Positions 1 to 9,427 of a stretch of DNA of 64,000 nucleotides are shown here, in pieces; within the stretch, counting starts at the first letter, position 1; every line of letters starts with the position of its first letter. Origin of the DNA: Candidatus Poribacteria bacterium (GTDB lineage: Bacteria > Poribacteria > WGA-4E > WGA-3G); the NCBI GenBank assembly GCA_965214095.1, contig OZ243938.1, forward strand, positions 4,864,001 through 4,928,000, read 5' to 3'. The notes beneath the pieces are model-generated. The model was given only the letters and a program-made list of their open reading frames with translations. It ran no database searches and was not told the DNA's origin. A program made the translations under genes and the position numbers.

Positions 1-106
1 GAATCCCTTTATTGTAGACTGCTGGTCTTACTGATGTATGTCGTTGATGTAATGGATTCTTATGCCGTTCATGGCAACGAGATATAATTCTGTTAAGTCT
101 TTTCAT
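1..106 (-). CDS. Possible N-terminus of a gene running off the window edge (MKRLNRIISRCHERHKNPLHQ...)
   Basis: ATG at 106 opens a frame to position 1. No recognisable motif and no clear RBS. Confidence 0.3.
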   Translation of the reverse strand, partial: MKRLNRIISRCHERHKNPLHQRHTSVRPAVYNKGI

Positions 107-346
107 AATATGTATAATAGATAGGTTGTTTGGTTATTATTTTCGTTGTTTGTTATGAATCATGATGTACAGTAGAGAAATAGCAAGAATATTCTATCAG
201 AGTTAGACATTTCATGCAAGTCATATCAAATTATGTGCTTATATTACAAATGCATGTCATATTGTGAAAACTATTTCTAATGATAACTGTAGATAGCAAT
301 GCTTTTCCAACCGAAACGGATAGTTGGAAATTACAGGGTTTTTATT

Positions 347-379
347 AAAGAAAAAGGTGAGGAACAAAGTTCTCACCTT
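347..379 (-). terminator. Probable intrinsic terminator after the lectin gene
   Basis: AAGGTGAG...CTCACCTT stem followed by a T-rich run on the minus strand, about 35 nt after the stop at 416. Confidence 0.6.
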
Positions 380-415
380 ACAGGAATATCTATGGTTTCA
401 GTATTGGAAATGTGT

Positions 416-1825
416 CTACTTTATTTTATTTGATGGTTTTTCAATGACTGCAATTCTTGTATAACCTTTTTCGGAATGATTGATATCTACTGTTCTCCAT
501 TTCATAAAATATTCGTGCCTTGTCATGATTGCAAAATCATTTTTTTCTTTTTCCATTTTTTCTTTTTCATCTTTGAATCCAAAGAACCTAAGTAGGCCTG
601 GAGTTTTACTGGAAGAGTCATCAGACTCTAACCAGTTAGTGTATTTGCTTTTCTCACCATTGTCCCACTGCCACTTGCCTTCTTTCTCAATATCCGTAAT
701 TCCAATCCAGTATGAATCTGATCCAAAAACCGATTCCAACCATATCTGTTCTGCTTCATTTGTAATTGTTACGAGATACGCATTTTCTTCAGCAGCTTTT
801 GTTGCTGCGTCTTCTCTACTTTCACAATTTATCCTCTTGTATATGTGTCCATTAGTTGGATTCATTATCCAATGTGAATTCTTCTGTGATAAAGGGTGTT
901 GATGGTAGCCAATATCTGTATCTGTTTGTAACTCTTCAACTTCTGAAAGATTCCCATTAAGTGTAAAATCCATAACTCCGTAGTGTATTTCACCATTTAT
1001 AAGTAAAGGAGGTGAGATAGCAGTAAATCCACGGTAATTTACAGAGATCGCGTAGATTCCTGAAAATAACACAGGTTGGTTAAAGAATCCATCGTTATCT
1101 GTCTCTATAGGTACAGACCGACTGGAGTGTGGTTCAATATTTTCATCTAAATTGAGTTGACCTATATTAATTCTAAACGTGGTATCCGCAAGAGGTGTAC
1201 CGTCCTTGTCCACGATTCTACCACGTATATTTAGAGGGTTGTTGACTCGGAGTTCAATGTTTTCAAAGTTAATTCCTGGGGCAACACCTAATGTTACTGC
1301 ACCAATAACTGGGAAAACTGAGAACTGTTGAGGATAAAATGAAACTTCTCCAATCTTAACGTATTGTATTTTGGGATATGCAAAGTGACTTGGATTTCCT
1401 GGTACTGGTTTTGACATTTCCTTTCCAGGCAGAAGTTTGGGTAGGACTAATAACTGCACATTACCTGCGGCAATATCTGCAAATGTAAACTCACCCTTGG
1501 AATTGGTTTTTGTTTTGATGTAAGGGGGATACTTGCGCAATTCCTCTTCATCTGGTAGTATTTCATTTTTCTCAGATGGAGGTCGTGGAAGTTGAACAAA
1601 AAAGGGGTAATATTTACTACTATATTTTGTATTAATTCCATTCTCATCTACTGTCACATAGATTAGAACAATAGGTATATCTGTTATAGGTTTACCATCC
1701 GAATTAGTAATATGGCCTGCCAATGAGGATGTCTTTTCTTCTGACATTCCATCTAAAGCAAAACAGAATACAAATGAAATGAAAATTGCGATTAAAGTAA
1801 TTTGTCTTAAAATTGATTGTAACAT
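416..1825 (-). CDS. Exported protein with two carboxypeptidase-regulatory-like (prealbumin-fold) segments and a C-terminal C-type lectin domain
   Basis: Hydrophobic N-terminus from ATG 1825 (MLQSILRQITLIAIFISFVFCFA). GHITNSDGKPI and IRGRIVDKDGTPL segments. C-type lectin motifs NPTNGHIYK, YLVTITNEAEQIWL, YWIGITD, WQWDNGE, YTNW. Confidence 0.8.
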   Translation of the reverse strand: MLQSILRQITLIAIFISFVFCFALDGMSEEKTSSLAGHITNSDGKPITDIPIVLIYVTVDENGINTKYSSKYYPFFVQLPRPPSEKNEILPDEEELRKYPPYIKTKTNSKGEFTFADIAAGNVQLLVLPKLLPGKEMSKPVPGNPSHFAYPKIQYVKIGEVSFYPQQFSVFPVIGAVTLGVAPGINFENIELRVNNPLNIRGRIVDKDGTPLADTTFRINIGQLNLDENIEPHSSRSVPIETDNDGFFNQPVLFSGIYAISVNYRGFTAISPPLLINGEIHYGVMDFTLNGNLSEVEELQTDTDIGYHQHPLSQKNSHWIMNPTNGHIYKRINCESREDAATKAAEENAYLVTITNEAEQIWLESVFGSDSYWIGITDIEKEGKWQWDNGEKSKYTNWLESDDSSSKTPGLLRFFGFKDEKEKMEKEKNDFAIMTRHEYFMKWRTVDINHSEKGYTRIAVIEKPSNKIK

Positions 1826-1861
1826 AATGTAATCCTTATTCAGTATAGTATAAATCAAAAA

Positions 1862-3938
1862 TTAATCTTCCCTTTCAATAATAGCGTGTTTAATACTACT
1901 CTTAAAGTGACTATCCTTACCTATAGCCATCCATCTTTTTGAGAAAAAATCCATAGCAACAGGAATGTTAGGGGTGTGATTGGAATCAACATCCTCTAAC
2001 CAATTTGTGTAAGTGAGGGGTTCCCCGTTTTCCCAATGCCAAGATGCTCCATCTTGTGTGGAACTTAACCCAATCCAATAAAACTTACTTTCAGCAAATC
2101 TACCTTCCAACCATCTCTGTTCATTTTCATTACTAACAGTGACCAGATATGCATTTTCTGATGCAGCTTTATTTTTTGCATCCTGCCAACTCTCACATTG
2201 AATTCTTTTGTAAGCATGTCCATTTTCAGGATTAACCGACCATATTGCTTGTCGGGCAATTATACGCTTTCTTATATTGTCTTGATTTCTCTGTGTGTCC
2301 TTCAGTCTAAATATGTGGACATCATTTTGCTGTCCAGGTTTTATCTTAAACCATCTGGATTTAACTTTTTCACCTTTGTATTCTATAGAGACATTATACT
2401 CAGTTGCCCATGCACGATAAGAGGCATCAAAATAACCTTGTGAATCTGTTTTTGCACTTCCACCTGAACTACCTCCACTTTGGCGTATGCTAAAGAAATA
2501 TAGAAATGTATCTCTATCTCCATTCTGTACAGTGAGTCTAAATTGTTCATTAGCAAGAGGAGTTTTGTCTTTTAAAAGTATCCTTCCCCTAATTCGCATT
2601 GGATATGGTTTTACGGTTACCACTGTATCTTCAAGTGGAATATCTGGCTCAATTGATATAGTTGGTTTACCAAACCAATACCCAAGATGTGTTGGACTAG
2701 GAGGATAATAGGTCAAATCTCTAACTTTAATTGATACGATCTTATATTCTGGTGTAGCTTCGGGGAGAATAACTAACTGCGATGACACTGCATCAATGTT
2801 AGAAAATGAAAATCCACCTTGTATATCGGTTATTGTACGTGTCCAGTTGGACAAAGGAATTCGCGGTACTACCTCATTTCTTTGATTAAATTCAATTGGT
2901 TTAATGTAAAGTTCCAGTCCTCGCACGACTTCACCATTTGTATCCACAACTACCCCCGATAATGATGTTTTTCCTTTATCAAGTAGATTATTTTGTATAG
3001 ATCTTTTTGCTGAATTTGTCTGATGTGGGTTGACATCAGAAACATTCGTATTCTGTGCAATTTCATTCTGCGTATTTGGATTATTGGCACGTCCAACCTG
3101 ATTTCGCACAGTTGGCTTCTCAGGAGAATCAATCACCTGTCTTGCATCTGTTATTTCAATCGTCCGTTCAGAGTCTGCGTCAATACTGTATGGCTCTTGA
3201 AAATGGATTAGTTGTTTTGCTCCAACACCGATCAATAGAAATACGATAATTGCTGATGCTGAAGAAACTATCCACGGCATTACCGGTTTACTTGCTGAAG
3301 GAGCTGCCGGAGATAAGTTGGAGATTTTTTGCATGATACTCTCAGATAACTGCTGTGGTAATTGGAAACTGCCTAAGTTTTCCTGAATAAGTGCTTCTTC
3401 ACCTTTGAGCCGATTGCGTGCGCGATGTAGACGAATCTTGACAGTATTTGTTGATACACCGAGGAATTCACCGATCTCTTCACACGATAAACCTGCAAGG
3501 TAATGTAGTGAGATGACAGTCCTATCACTCTCCTTTAGTTTGTTGAGCAACTTTTTGACAAGTGAACGTTGCATCTCTTTTCTTTCTTCCTCACGTTCAT
3601 TTGAGATAATCTGAATAATACACCTCTTCCAACTCCATAGGATCGGTTTGTTCTAAGGATTCTAACTGCGGCTTTTTCTTACGGTGCCACATTTTGCAGA
3701 TATTAGTCGTAATAACATATAACCAACCAGAGAAACGGTGGGGGTGTTTTAAACTGCTGAGTTTCTGATATGCAGTTATAAAAGCATCTTGTGTTATCTC
3801 TTCCGCAGTATGGAAATCACCAATCTTCTGCCATGCAAGCGTATGTATCTGTTCTTGATATTTTTCCACAAGCAATGCAAACGCTTGTTGATCCCCCGCA
3901 AGTGTTTGTTTGACCAGTTCAGAATCGCTTTGTTTCAT
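1862..3938 (-). pseudogene. Frameshifted (split) ECF sigma factor fused to a TM helix, prealbumin-like domains and a C-type lectin domain
   Basis: 3597-3938 encodes sigma region 2 (GDQQAFALLVEKYQ...AEEITQDAFITAY...FSGWLYVI). 1862-3574 encodes region 4 (EIGEFLGVSTNTVKIRLHRAR), a TM helix and the lectin. The junction CTC AAA T GAA CGT GAG is 2 nt short relative to the intact paralogs. Confidence 0.8.
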
Positions 3939-3974
3939 TGTTGCACCTCACTATCTTTGTCTTCTTTTAACATA

Positions 3975-4003
3975 TAGATGCTAATTGGATATCAAAGGTT
4001 TCA
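3975..4003 (-). promoter_or_regulatory. Putative ECF-type promoter TGAAAC-N17-CATCTA
   Basis: The same motif and spacing recur upstream of all five ECF genes. Confidence 0.6.
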
Positions 4004-4051
4004 CTTTTGTATTATTTTCAAAAGATATTTACATCTGGATCAGTTCTATAA

Positions 4052-4187
4052 TATAGTAAAACCATAATTATTTATCCACTACGGTAGGTTTGGTTTCCTA
4101 ACCGAACCGGTGTTGTTCAGTCTCATAGATGCGGTTAGGAAACCGAACCTACCAGGGAGTGTGCACGTGTTTTTACATTTCACTATA
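4052..4187. repeat. MITE-like element with TATAGT...ACTATA ends and two inverted GTAG-REP hairpins (GGTTTCCTAACC core)
   Basis: Related copies at 8229-8360, 28793-28997 and 63091-63252. Confidence 0.75.
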
Positions 4188-4214
4188 ATGATAGCATAGA
4201 AATTGATAACTGAC

Positions 4215-4245
4215 AAAAAGAAAGGCACGCATGTTCTGCGTGCCT
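4215..4245 (-). terminator. Probable intrinsic terminator
   Basis: AGGCACGCA-TGTTC-TGCGTGCCT perfect stem followed by a T run on the minus strand. Confidence 0.65.
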
Positions 4246-4377
4246 AAAGGGTATTGTTGACTAAATTAGGGTTTACGTTTTAGGAGTATTGCTCTATGTT
4301 CAAACTAAATAATGCCATCTCTGTATTGGGTGTGCATGAGTACTGACATCAAAGTTTGCAGATAATCTCTGTTGTGA

Positions 4378-4659
4378 TTAAGTGACCTCTGCAGATTCAT
4401 CATCCATGGTTTCAGTATCAGTGCTATTTTTTCCAGTTGTATCGTTGTCCTCTGTATCATGAATCTCTATATGTTGGATTTCCTGACGATCTGTGTCTGA
4501 TGTTTCATCAATGGGTTGGGTAACCTCTCCTTGATTGCTATCATATATTTCTATGGTAGACATCTGAAATTGAAACCATACAAAACATCCGATTGTGAAA
4601 ATCAGTATAAATGCAGTTCCACCGACAATCCAGTTTTCTATTGAAAAATCTTTTAGCAT
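4378..4659 (-). CDS. Small single-TM protein with acidic tail, possibly a truncated relative of 59494-60264
   Basis: GGGAG RBS before ATG 4659. TM segment WIVGGTAFILIFTIGCFVWF followed by a D/E/T-rich region. Confidence 0.6.
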   Translation of the reverse strand: MLKDFSIENWIVGGTAFILIFTIGCFVWFQFQMSTIEIYDSNQGEVTQPIDETSDTDRQEIQHIEIHDTEDNDTTGKNSTDTETMDDESAEVT

Positions 4660-4986
4660 AATGTTCTCCCTATTGTCCATTGTTCGTCCAGTCATCACTG
4701 GGAGTGAAACTATTGTTTTTCTCTTGGTTAATCATTAAGACAAATCAAACACTATTGTGTTCATTATAACTATATCAAATTAGTTGAAGTTTACAATCAA
4801 TTCTTTCAAACTTTTTGTGTCTCTGTAATTAAAGAGACATAACTTCGGAAAAAGGTTGCACTTTTTTACTAAAATATACAAATGAAGCAGAAAAAAGTTG
4901 CATATTGGTTGAAATTTATAGCAATTGCTGTGTTTGACGATCTGATGAAGTTGAACAAAAAGGGGTTTGAATCAGAACTGTGTGAT

Positions 4987-5089
4987 TATAGTGAATTATA
5001 AATATAAGTTGACACTTTCGCCCCACGGTAGGCGAGGTTTCCTAACCTCGCCTACGCAGAGTGTTCAAGTAATTTCAAAATCTACTATA
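4987..5089. repeat. 103-bp MITE-like element (TATAGTGAATT...AATCTACTATA) with GTAGGCGAGGTTTCCTAACCTCGCC REP core
   Basis: Near-identical copies at 29992-30094 and 54764-54866, and a diverged copy at 36519-36621. Confidence 0.85.
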
Positions 5090-5176
5090 ATGAATCCTAT
5101 AGATGATTATGTTGAATTATCTCAAATATCTACCAAGAATAGGCTACAACATATCAGGTAGACAATTATGGACGAT

Positions 5177-8107
5177 TTATTTCTCAATCGGAATTTTATA
5201 CACCCCGCTACCGAAAGTGCCAGCGTAAAGAAAACCGTCAATTACTGCTAAGGATGAAACCTGCTGGGTAAGAGAACCAATCGACTTCCAATGCTGTTTC
5301 TCTTCTATCCATTGGAAAAAACCTGTAGGTGTGCTGACATACACTTCAGTACCATCAGTGCCTATTGATGTAGCAGATGTTTCATCCAGACCATCGTTGA
5401 TGGCTGTCCAAGTATCGCCTACATCCTTGGAGCGAAATACTCCCTTGTTCCAAGTGGTTACATAAAGCGTTGAACCAACCCTTTTGAGATCAGTCAAACC
5501 GCCATCAATCATTTCTGCTGTGTGAATAGGCTCCCAACGGTTTTCTTCAAAACGGTAGATTTCACTATCTCCAGTAACCGCAATCACATTCTCACTATTT
5601 GCAGATAATATCCAGATCCTGTGATGTTCCAAGCCAAGTTTGGTAAGACCCGTTCTCTGCTCCCACTTGAAGACAACACCATTCCATGCGCCCATATAAA
5701 ATGTATTGCCAACTACATCCATACTTACAATTCCATACAAGTCAATATCTGTGAAAAGTTTAACCAAAGTGTTATTTTCTCTATTCAACCTGTAAACACT
5801 ATCACCCTCACGACCTGAATAAGGCGGAATATATTTGTCATCACCAAAGTAAGCAGCGATGTAGAGCTCACCATCTGATACACAAATGTCTAGAACACCA
5901 CGTTTGCTCTGCTTTGAAGGATCGTTTATAGACAGCCATGTATCTCCACCGTCAGCAGAATAGACAATTTTTTTACCAACAACAGTGTATAGTTTATCAC
6001 CAATAACCTCTAATTTGCTGACAGATGTATTTATTATGCCAGTGTTGCATTCTACCCAAGAATCCCCTGCATCTGTTGTGCGAAAGACCCCATTTCTTGA
6101 TGTGCCTATGAAGACAGTATTATCATTGATTGGTAACACAGTTGAAACATCATCATGCATTACCCCCTCATTGATTGGTATCCAGGAATCACCCATATCC
6201 TCCGAAAGATAGATCAAACCGTCATTAGTGCCGGCGTAGAGCCTTTCGCCTTGCCCGGCAATTGTCCGAACGCGATCACTTTCTTCTTTTACTTTTTCTG
6301 GGGTGATGAACGTCCATGTGTCGCCTGCGTCATTTGACCGGAAGATCCCAGTTTCTTTTCCCATAGATCCACTCATAAAAAGTAAATGTTTCATTGAAGC
6401 AAACGACTTAACATGAAAATCAGATGAAGAATGTTGCTTAAGTGAAGGATTTTGCTTAGGTGAAGAATTTGATCCTGGTTTATCTTGTGAATTGTTTTCT
6501 GACTCGACCCCATCTGAATCCTCAACGACAACTGGATTGGTAAGTGTCCACGTGTCTTCATTCACTGTTCTGCGAAAGAGTCCTTTTTTTGTAGCAGCAA
6601 CCAACGTTGTCCCATGACTTGAGAGGCTAAAGACATTCCTCTGTGTAAGAATCGATTCTACATCCTTGCGATTATGAATCAGACGCGGGTCGTGCCCGAA
6701 GAGAAGACCAGGGAACTTTGTTCCGAGTCCATCATTGATTTGTGCCCATGAATTACCATCATTTGACTGCCAAAAACCGTAGATCCCAGTACTAACGTAG
6801 ATATGCTCATCAAGAATAACTATGTCAAGAATATCAATGGCACTGATCAGCCCAGGGACTCGGAACGCAGATACGGGTTGCCAGGTGTTGCCAATATCAG
6901 TAGAAATGTATAATCCATCCCGCGTTCCAACATAGATCTTATTCCCCTTTTCAGCGAATGAAGTAACAAATGCAGAAATATACTTCAATCGTCCTCTATT
7001 GATTAATCCAGTATTAACTGGTGTCCAGTTGTTTCCATTATCAGTTGAGCGAAAAATACCTGCCTTCTCTGTCCCCGCAAGGAGCACCCCATGAGTGGTT
7101 TTATAAAGCGTTGTTATCTCACCACCGTAAGGACCATTCGTTTGTTTCCATGTGCCTTTGAAATTAGTTCTTTCAGTATCATCCGTCTGTGCTGCACCAA
7201 ATAGTGATGTCCCGGGTTCCTGTCCCGTTCCATCATTGTTACTGAGCACATCAGAACGACGAACTTGATTGTTAATTGTTGGTTTGGCAGGGGTTTCCAA
7301 GACCAATCGTGCGTCAACGATTTCAACTGTTCGTTCAGATTGTGCAGTCAAACTAAACGGCTTCTGAAACCGAATTAGGTTTTGTGCTCCAAAGCCTATT
7401 AGTAGAACAACTAAAATGGCTGAGACAGCAGATATTGCTAAAGGTACTAAAGGTTTACTTCCTGATGGCGTTACTGGATTGAGACGTGATATTTCCTTCA
7501 TGATGTTTTCTGTCATTTGTGTTGGCAGTTGGAAACTGCTAAGGTTTTCTTGTATCACTGCTTCCTCCTTCTTTAACCGCTCTCTGGCTCGGTGAAGTCG
7601 ACTTTTAACCGTGTTCGGAGATACACCCAAAAACCTACCAATCTCTTCACACGTTAAGCCTGCGAGGTAGTGCATTGTTACCACTGTCCGTTCACTCTCG
7701 CGGAGTTTATCGAGTAACTTCCGAACAATTGCTCGACGATTTTGATTCGCTGCTTCTTCACGTTGACGAGACGTATGGTCGGAATAATATACCTCTTCTA
7801 ATTCCATTGGGTCTGTCTCCTCCAGAGATTGCAGTTGTGGCTTTTTCTTTCGGTGCCACATGTTACACTTGTTACTGGTTATGACATAGAGCCATCCCGC
7901 AAATCGGTTGTGATGTGTGAGGGTTGCGAGTTTTTGATACGCAGTGACGAAGGCATCTTGTGTAATCTCTTGTGCAATGTGGAAATCACCAATTTTCTGC
8001 CACGCCAAAGCGTGTATCTGTTCTTGGTATTTTTCTACAAGTGCAGCAAAGGCGTGTTGATCACCTTCAAGTGTACGTTCAATCAATTCAGCATCATTAT
8101 GTTTCAT
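5177..8107 (-). CDS. ECF sigma factor fused to a TM helix and an extracytoplasmic BNR/Asp-box beta-propeller
   Basis: GAGGTG RBS before ATG 8107. Sigma regions 2 and 4. TM LAISAVSAILVVLLIGFG. Repeated SxDxGxTW motifs. Confidence 0.9.
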   Translation of the reverse strand: MKHNDAELIERTLEGDQHAFAALVEKYQEQIHALAWQKIGDFHIAQEITQDAFVTAYQKLATLTHHNRFAGWLYVITSNKCNMWHRKKKPQLQSLEETDPMELEEVYYSDHTSRQREEAANQNRRAIVRKLLDKLRESERTVVTMHYLAGLTCEEIGRFLGVSPNTVKSRLHRARERLKKEEAVIQENLSSFQLPTQMTENIMKEISRLNPVTPSGSKPLVPLAISAVSAILVVLLIGFGAQNLIRFQKPFSLTAQSERTVEIVDARLVLETPAKPTINNQVRRSDVLSNNDGTGQEPGTSLFGAAQTDDTERTNFKGTWKQTNGPYGGEITTLYKTTHGVLLAGTEKAGIFRSTDNGNNWTPVNTGLINRGRLKYISAFVTSFAEKGNKIYVGTRDGLYISTDIGNTWQPVSAFRVPGLISAIDILDIVILDEHIYVSTGIYGFWQSNDGNSWAQINDGLGTKFPGLLFGHDPRLIHNRKDVESILTQRNVFSLSSHGTTLVAATKKGLFRRTVNEDTWTLTNPVVVEDSDGVESENNSQDKPGSNSSPKQNPSLKQHSSSDFHVKSFASMKHLLFMSGSMGKETGIFRSNDAGDTWTFITPEKVKEESDRVRTIAGQGERLYAGTNDGLIYLSEDMGDSWIPINEGVMHDDVSTVLPINDNTVFIGTSRNGVFRTTDAGDSWVECNTGIINTSVSKLEVIGDKLYTVVGKKIVYSADGGDTWLSINDPSKQSKRGVLDICVSDGELYIAAYFGDDKYIPPYSGREGDSVYRLNRENNTLVKLFTDIDLYGIVSMDVVGNTFYMGAWNGVVFKWEQRTGLTKLGLEHHRIWILSANSENVIAVTGDSEIYRFEENRWEPIHTAEMIDGGLTDLKRVGSTLYVTTWNKGVFRSKDVGDTWTAINDGLDETSATSIGTDGTEVYVSTPTGFFQWIEEKQHWKSIGSLTQQVSSLAVIDGFLYAGTFGSGVYKIPIEK

Positions 8108-8142
8108 GGAACACCTCACAAATAGACTAATCTTTTAATATA

Positions 8143-8171
8143 AAGATGTTATTTGCCTTATGAAGGTTGCA
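8143..8171 (-). promoter_or_regulatory. Putative ECF-type promoter TGCAAC-N17-CATCTT
   Basis: Shared motif upstream of the ECF paralogs. Confidence 0.6.
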
Positions 8172-8228
8172 TTTATTAGAAAAAAGTACGTGATTGAAAG
8201 AGAAAGACCAATTTTGTGCAGCTTCGCG

Positions 8229-8360
8229 CAGTGAAAATTATGAAGAAATTTCTACGGGTAGATGCGGTTTCCTAACCGCATCTATGACACTGAACAAACA
8301 CCGGTTCGGTTAGGAAACCGAACCTACCGTAGTGTGAAAATAATTATGATTTTTACTATA
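8229..8360. repeat. Inverted copy of the 4052-4187 element family
   Basis: Two GGTTTCCTAACC-type hairpins. The right end TAATTATGATTTTTACTATA is the reverse complement of the family's left end. Confidence 0.75.
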
Positions 8361-8442
8361 AAAGGATAGCATATAGTTGGACAATTGCCAACTATAGCAA
8401 ATCAGATTTCAGGCTTTTAAGATAGTTGGAAGCGATACCTGC

Positions 8443-8473
8443 AAAGAAGAAAGGCGCGCTTGGAAGCACGCCT
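8443..8473 (-). terminator. Probable intrinsic terminator
   Basis: AGGCGCGCTT-GG-AAGCACGCCT stem followed by a T-rich run on the minus strand. Confidence 0.55.
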
Positions 8474-8476
8474 ATA

Positions 8477-8556
8477 ATACCAAATTAACTTGATTCTAAT
8501 CCATCGGCAGAATACGCGGTTGGTATTCTGCATTGGTTAGGAAACCGCACCTACCG
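8477..8556. repeat. Partial element with a TACCAAATTAAC end and a REP half
   Basis: The end matches 56145-56156. The internal GTATTCTGCATTGGTTAGGAAACCGCACCTACCG matches 59206-59239 in reverse. Confidence 0.55.
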
Positions 8557-8567
8557 TCTGAAGAGAA

Positions 8568-9296
8568 TTAACGATCTGTTTCTTCCTGCGTTGGTACTAC
8601 CCGCGTTGGTAACGTAACTGTCGCACCTGTTGGGGTCCTTACGCTCGTAGTTGAACGTCTTTTTAGGATGCCGAACAACCTTTTTTCATAATAAGATAAA
8701 CCCAATAGTGGGTGTTCCATTTCTGACAGTTCTCTATAGTAATTTCTATCAATATATGTCAAGACACCGTGCCAACGTTCTGCAATTTCGGTATCTTCTG
8801 GTCTTTCTTTTAGAATTTGTTCTAACACGCCGCTTGATCGTTGATATGTGGAAGTTCTTGCACGTATATGCGTTGAATATCCATCAATATATACTATTGA
8901 TTTAGGCAATTCCCACATCTTGCCATCGGTAAGTTCATGGCTGGGTTCACCAAGTTGATCAGTACTCTTTTGAACAAAATATTTAGCATTTGTAGTCGGC
9001 TTTTGCGTTATATATCCAGCTGAACGTAATTTATTATCTCTAAAATTATACACAAGATAAACAGGAACTTTCTCAATTACAGATTTGTAAATAAGTAGAT
9101 CCGGTGTATGCGTAAACGGTGCTTTACCTCTTTCAATTAACTCTACACGTTCCTGTGAGTAACCCCACCGCACCTCACGAAAATCAGAATTGCCTTGCAT
9201 ATCTTCAGAAACAATATTGTGAAAGGTAGAACACCCTATGAAAAACGTCGAAATAATAAGTAATCCAGATAAGAAATGAAGTTTTGTGATGTTCAC
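8568..9296 (-). CDS. Putative lipoprotein
   Basis: AAGGAGG RBS about 10 nt before GTG 9296. Lipobox-like FFIGC. DFREVRWG motif. Confidence 0.7.
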   Translation of the reverse strand: MNITKLHFLSGLLIISTFFIGCSTFHNIVSEDMQGNSDFREVRWGYSQERVELIERGKAPFTHTPDLLIYKSVIEKVPVYLVYNFRDNKLRSAGYITQKPTTNAKYFVQKSTDQLGEPSHELTDGKMWELPKSIVYIDGYSTHIRARTSTYQRSSGVLEQILKERPEDTEIAERWHGVLTYIDRNYYRELSEMEHPLLGLSYYEKRLFGILKRRSTTSVRTPTGATVTLPTRVVPTQEETDR

Positions 9297-9427
9297 TACG
9301 GTCAAGCCTCCTTTATGATTTCTGTTTTCTAACACCATTTCTAACTGATTATACGTCAAAATAATTAGAGTTGGTATTATTTACATAATTTACTATAAGA
9401 GAAAATGCGTAAGTCCATTGTTATACC

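Noticed and set aside
3597-3599. TGA in the ECF gene as selenocysteine
   Set aside because: In-frame readthrough hits another TGA two codons later. The homologous sequence continues in a different frame and no Cys aligns here.
4967-5161. Short ORFs over repeat elements (also 35973-36203 and 63025-63261)
   Set aside because: They are translations of MITE/REP sequence, with the same HGRRGFLT peptide at two of these loci and no RBS.
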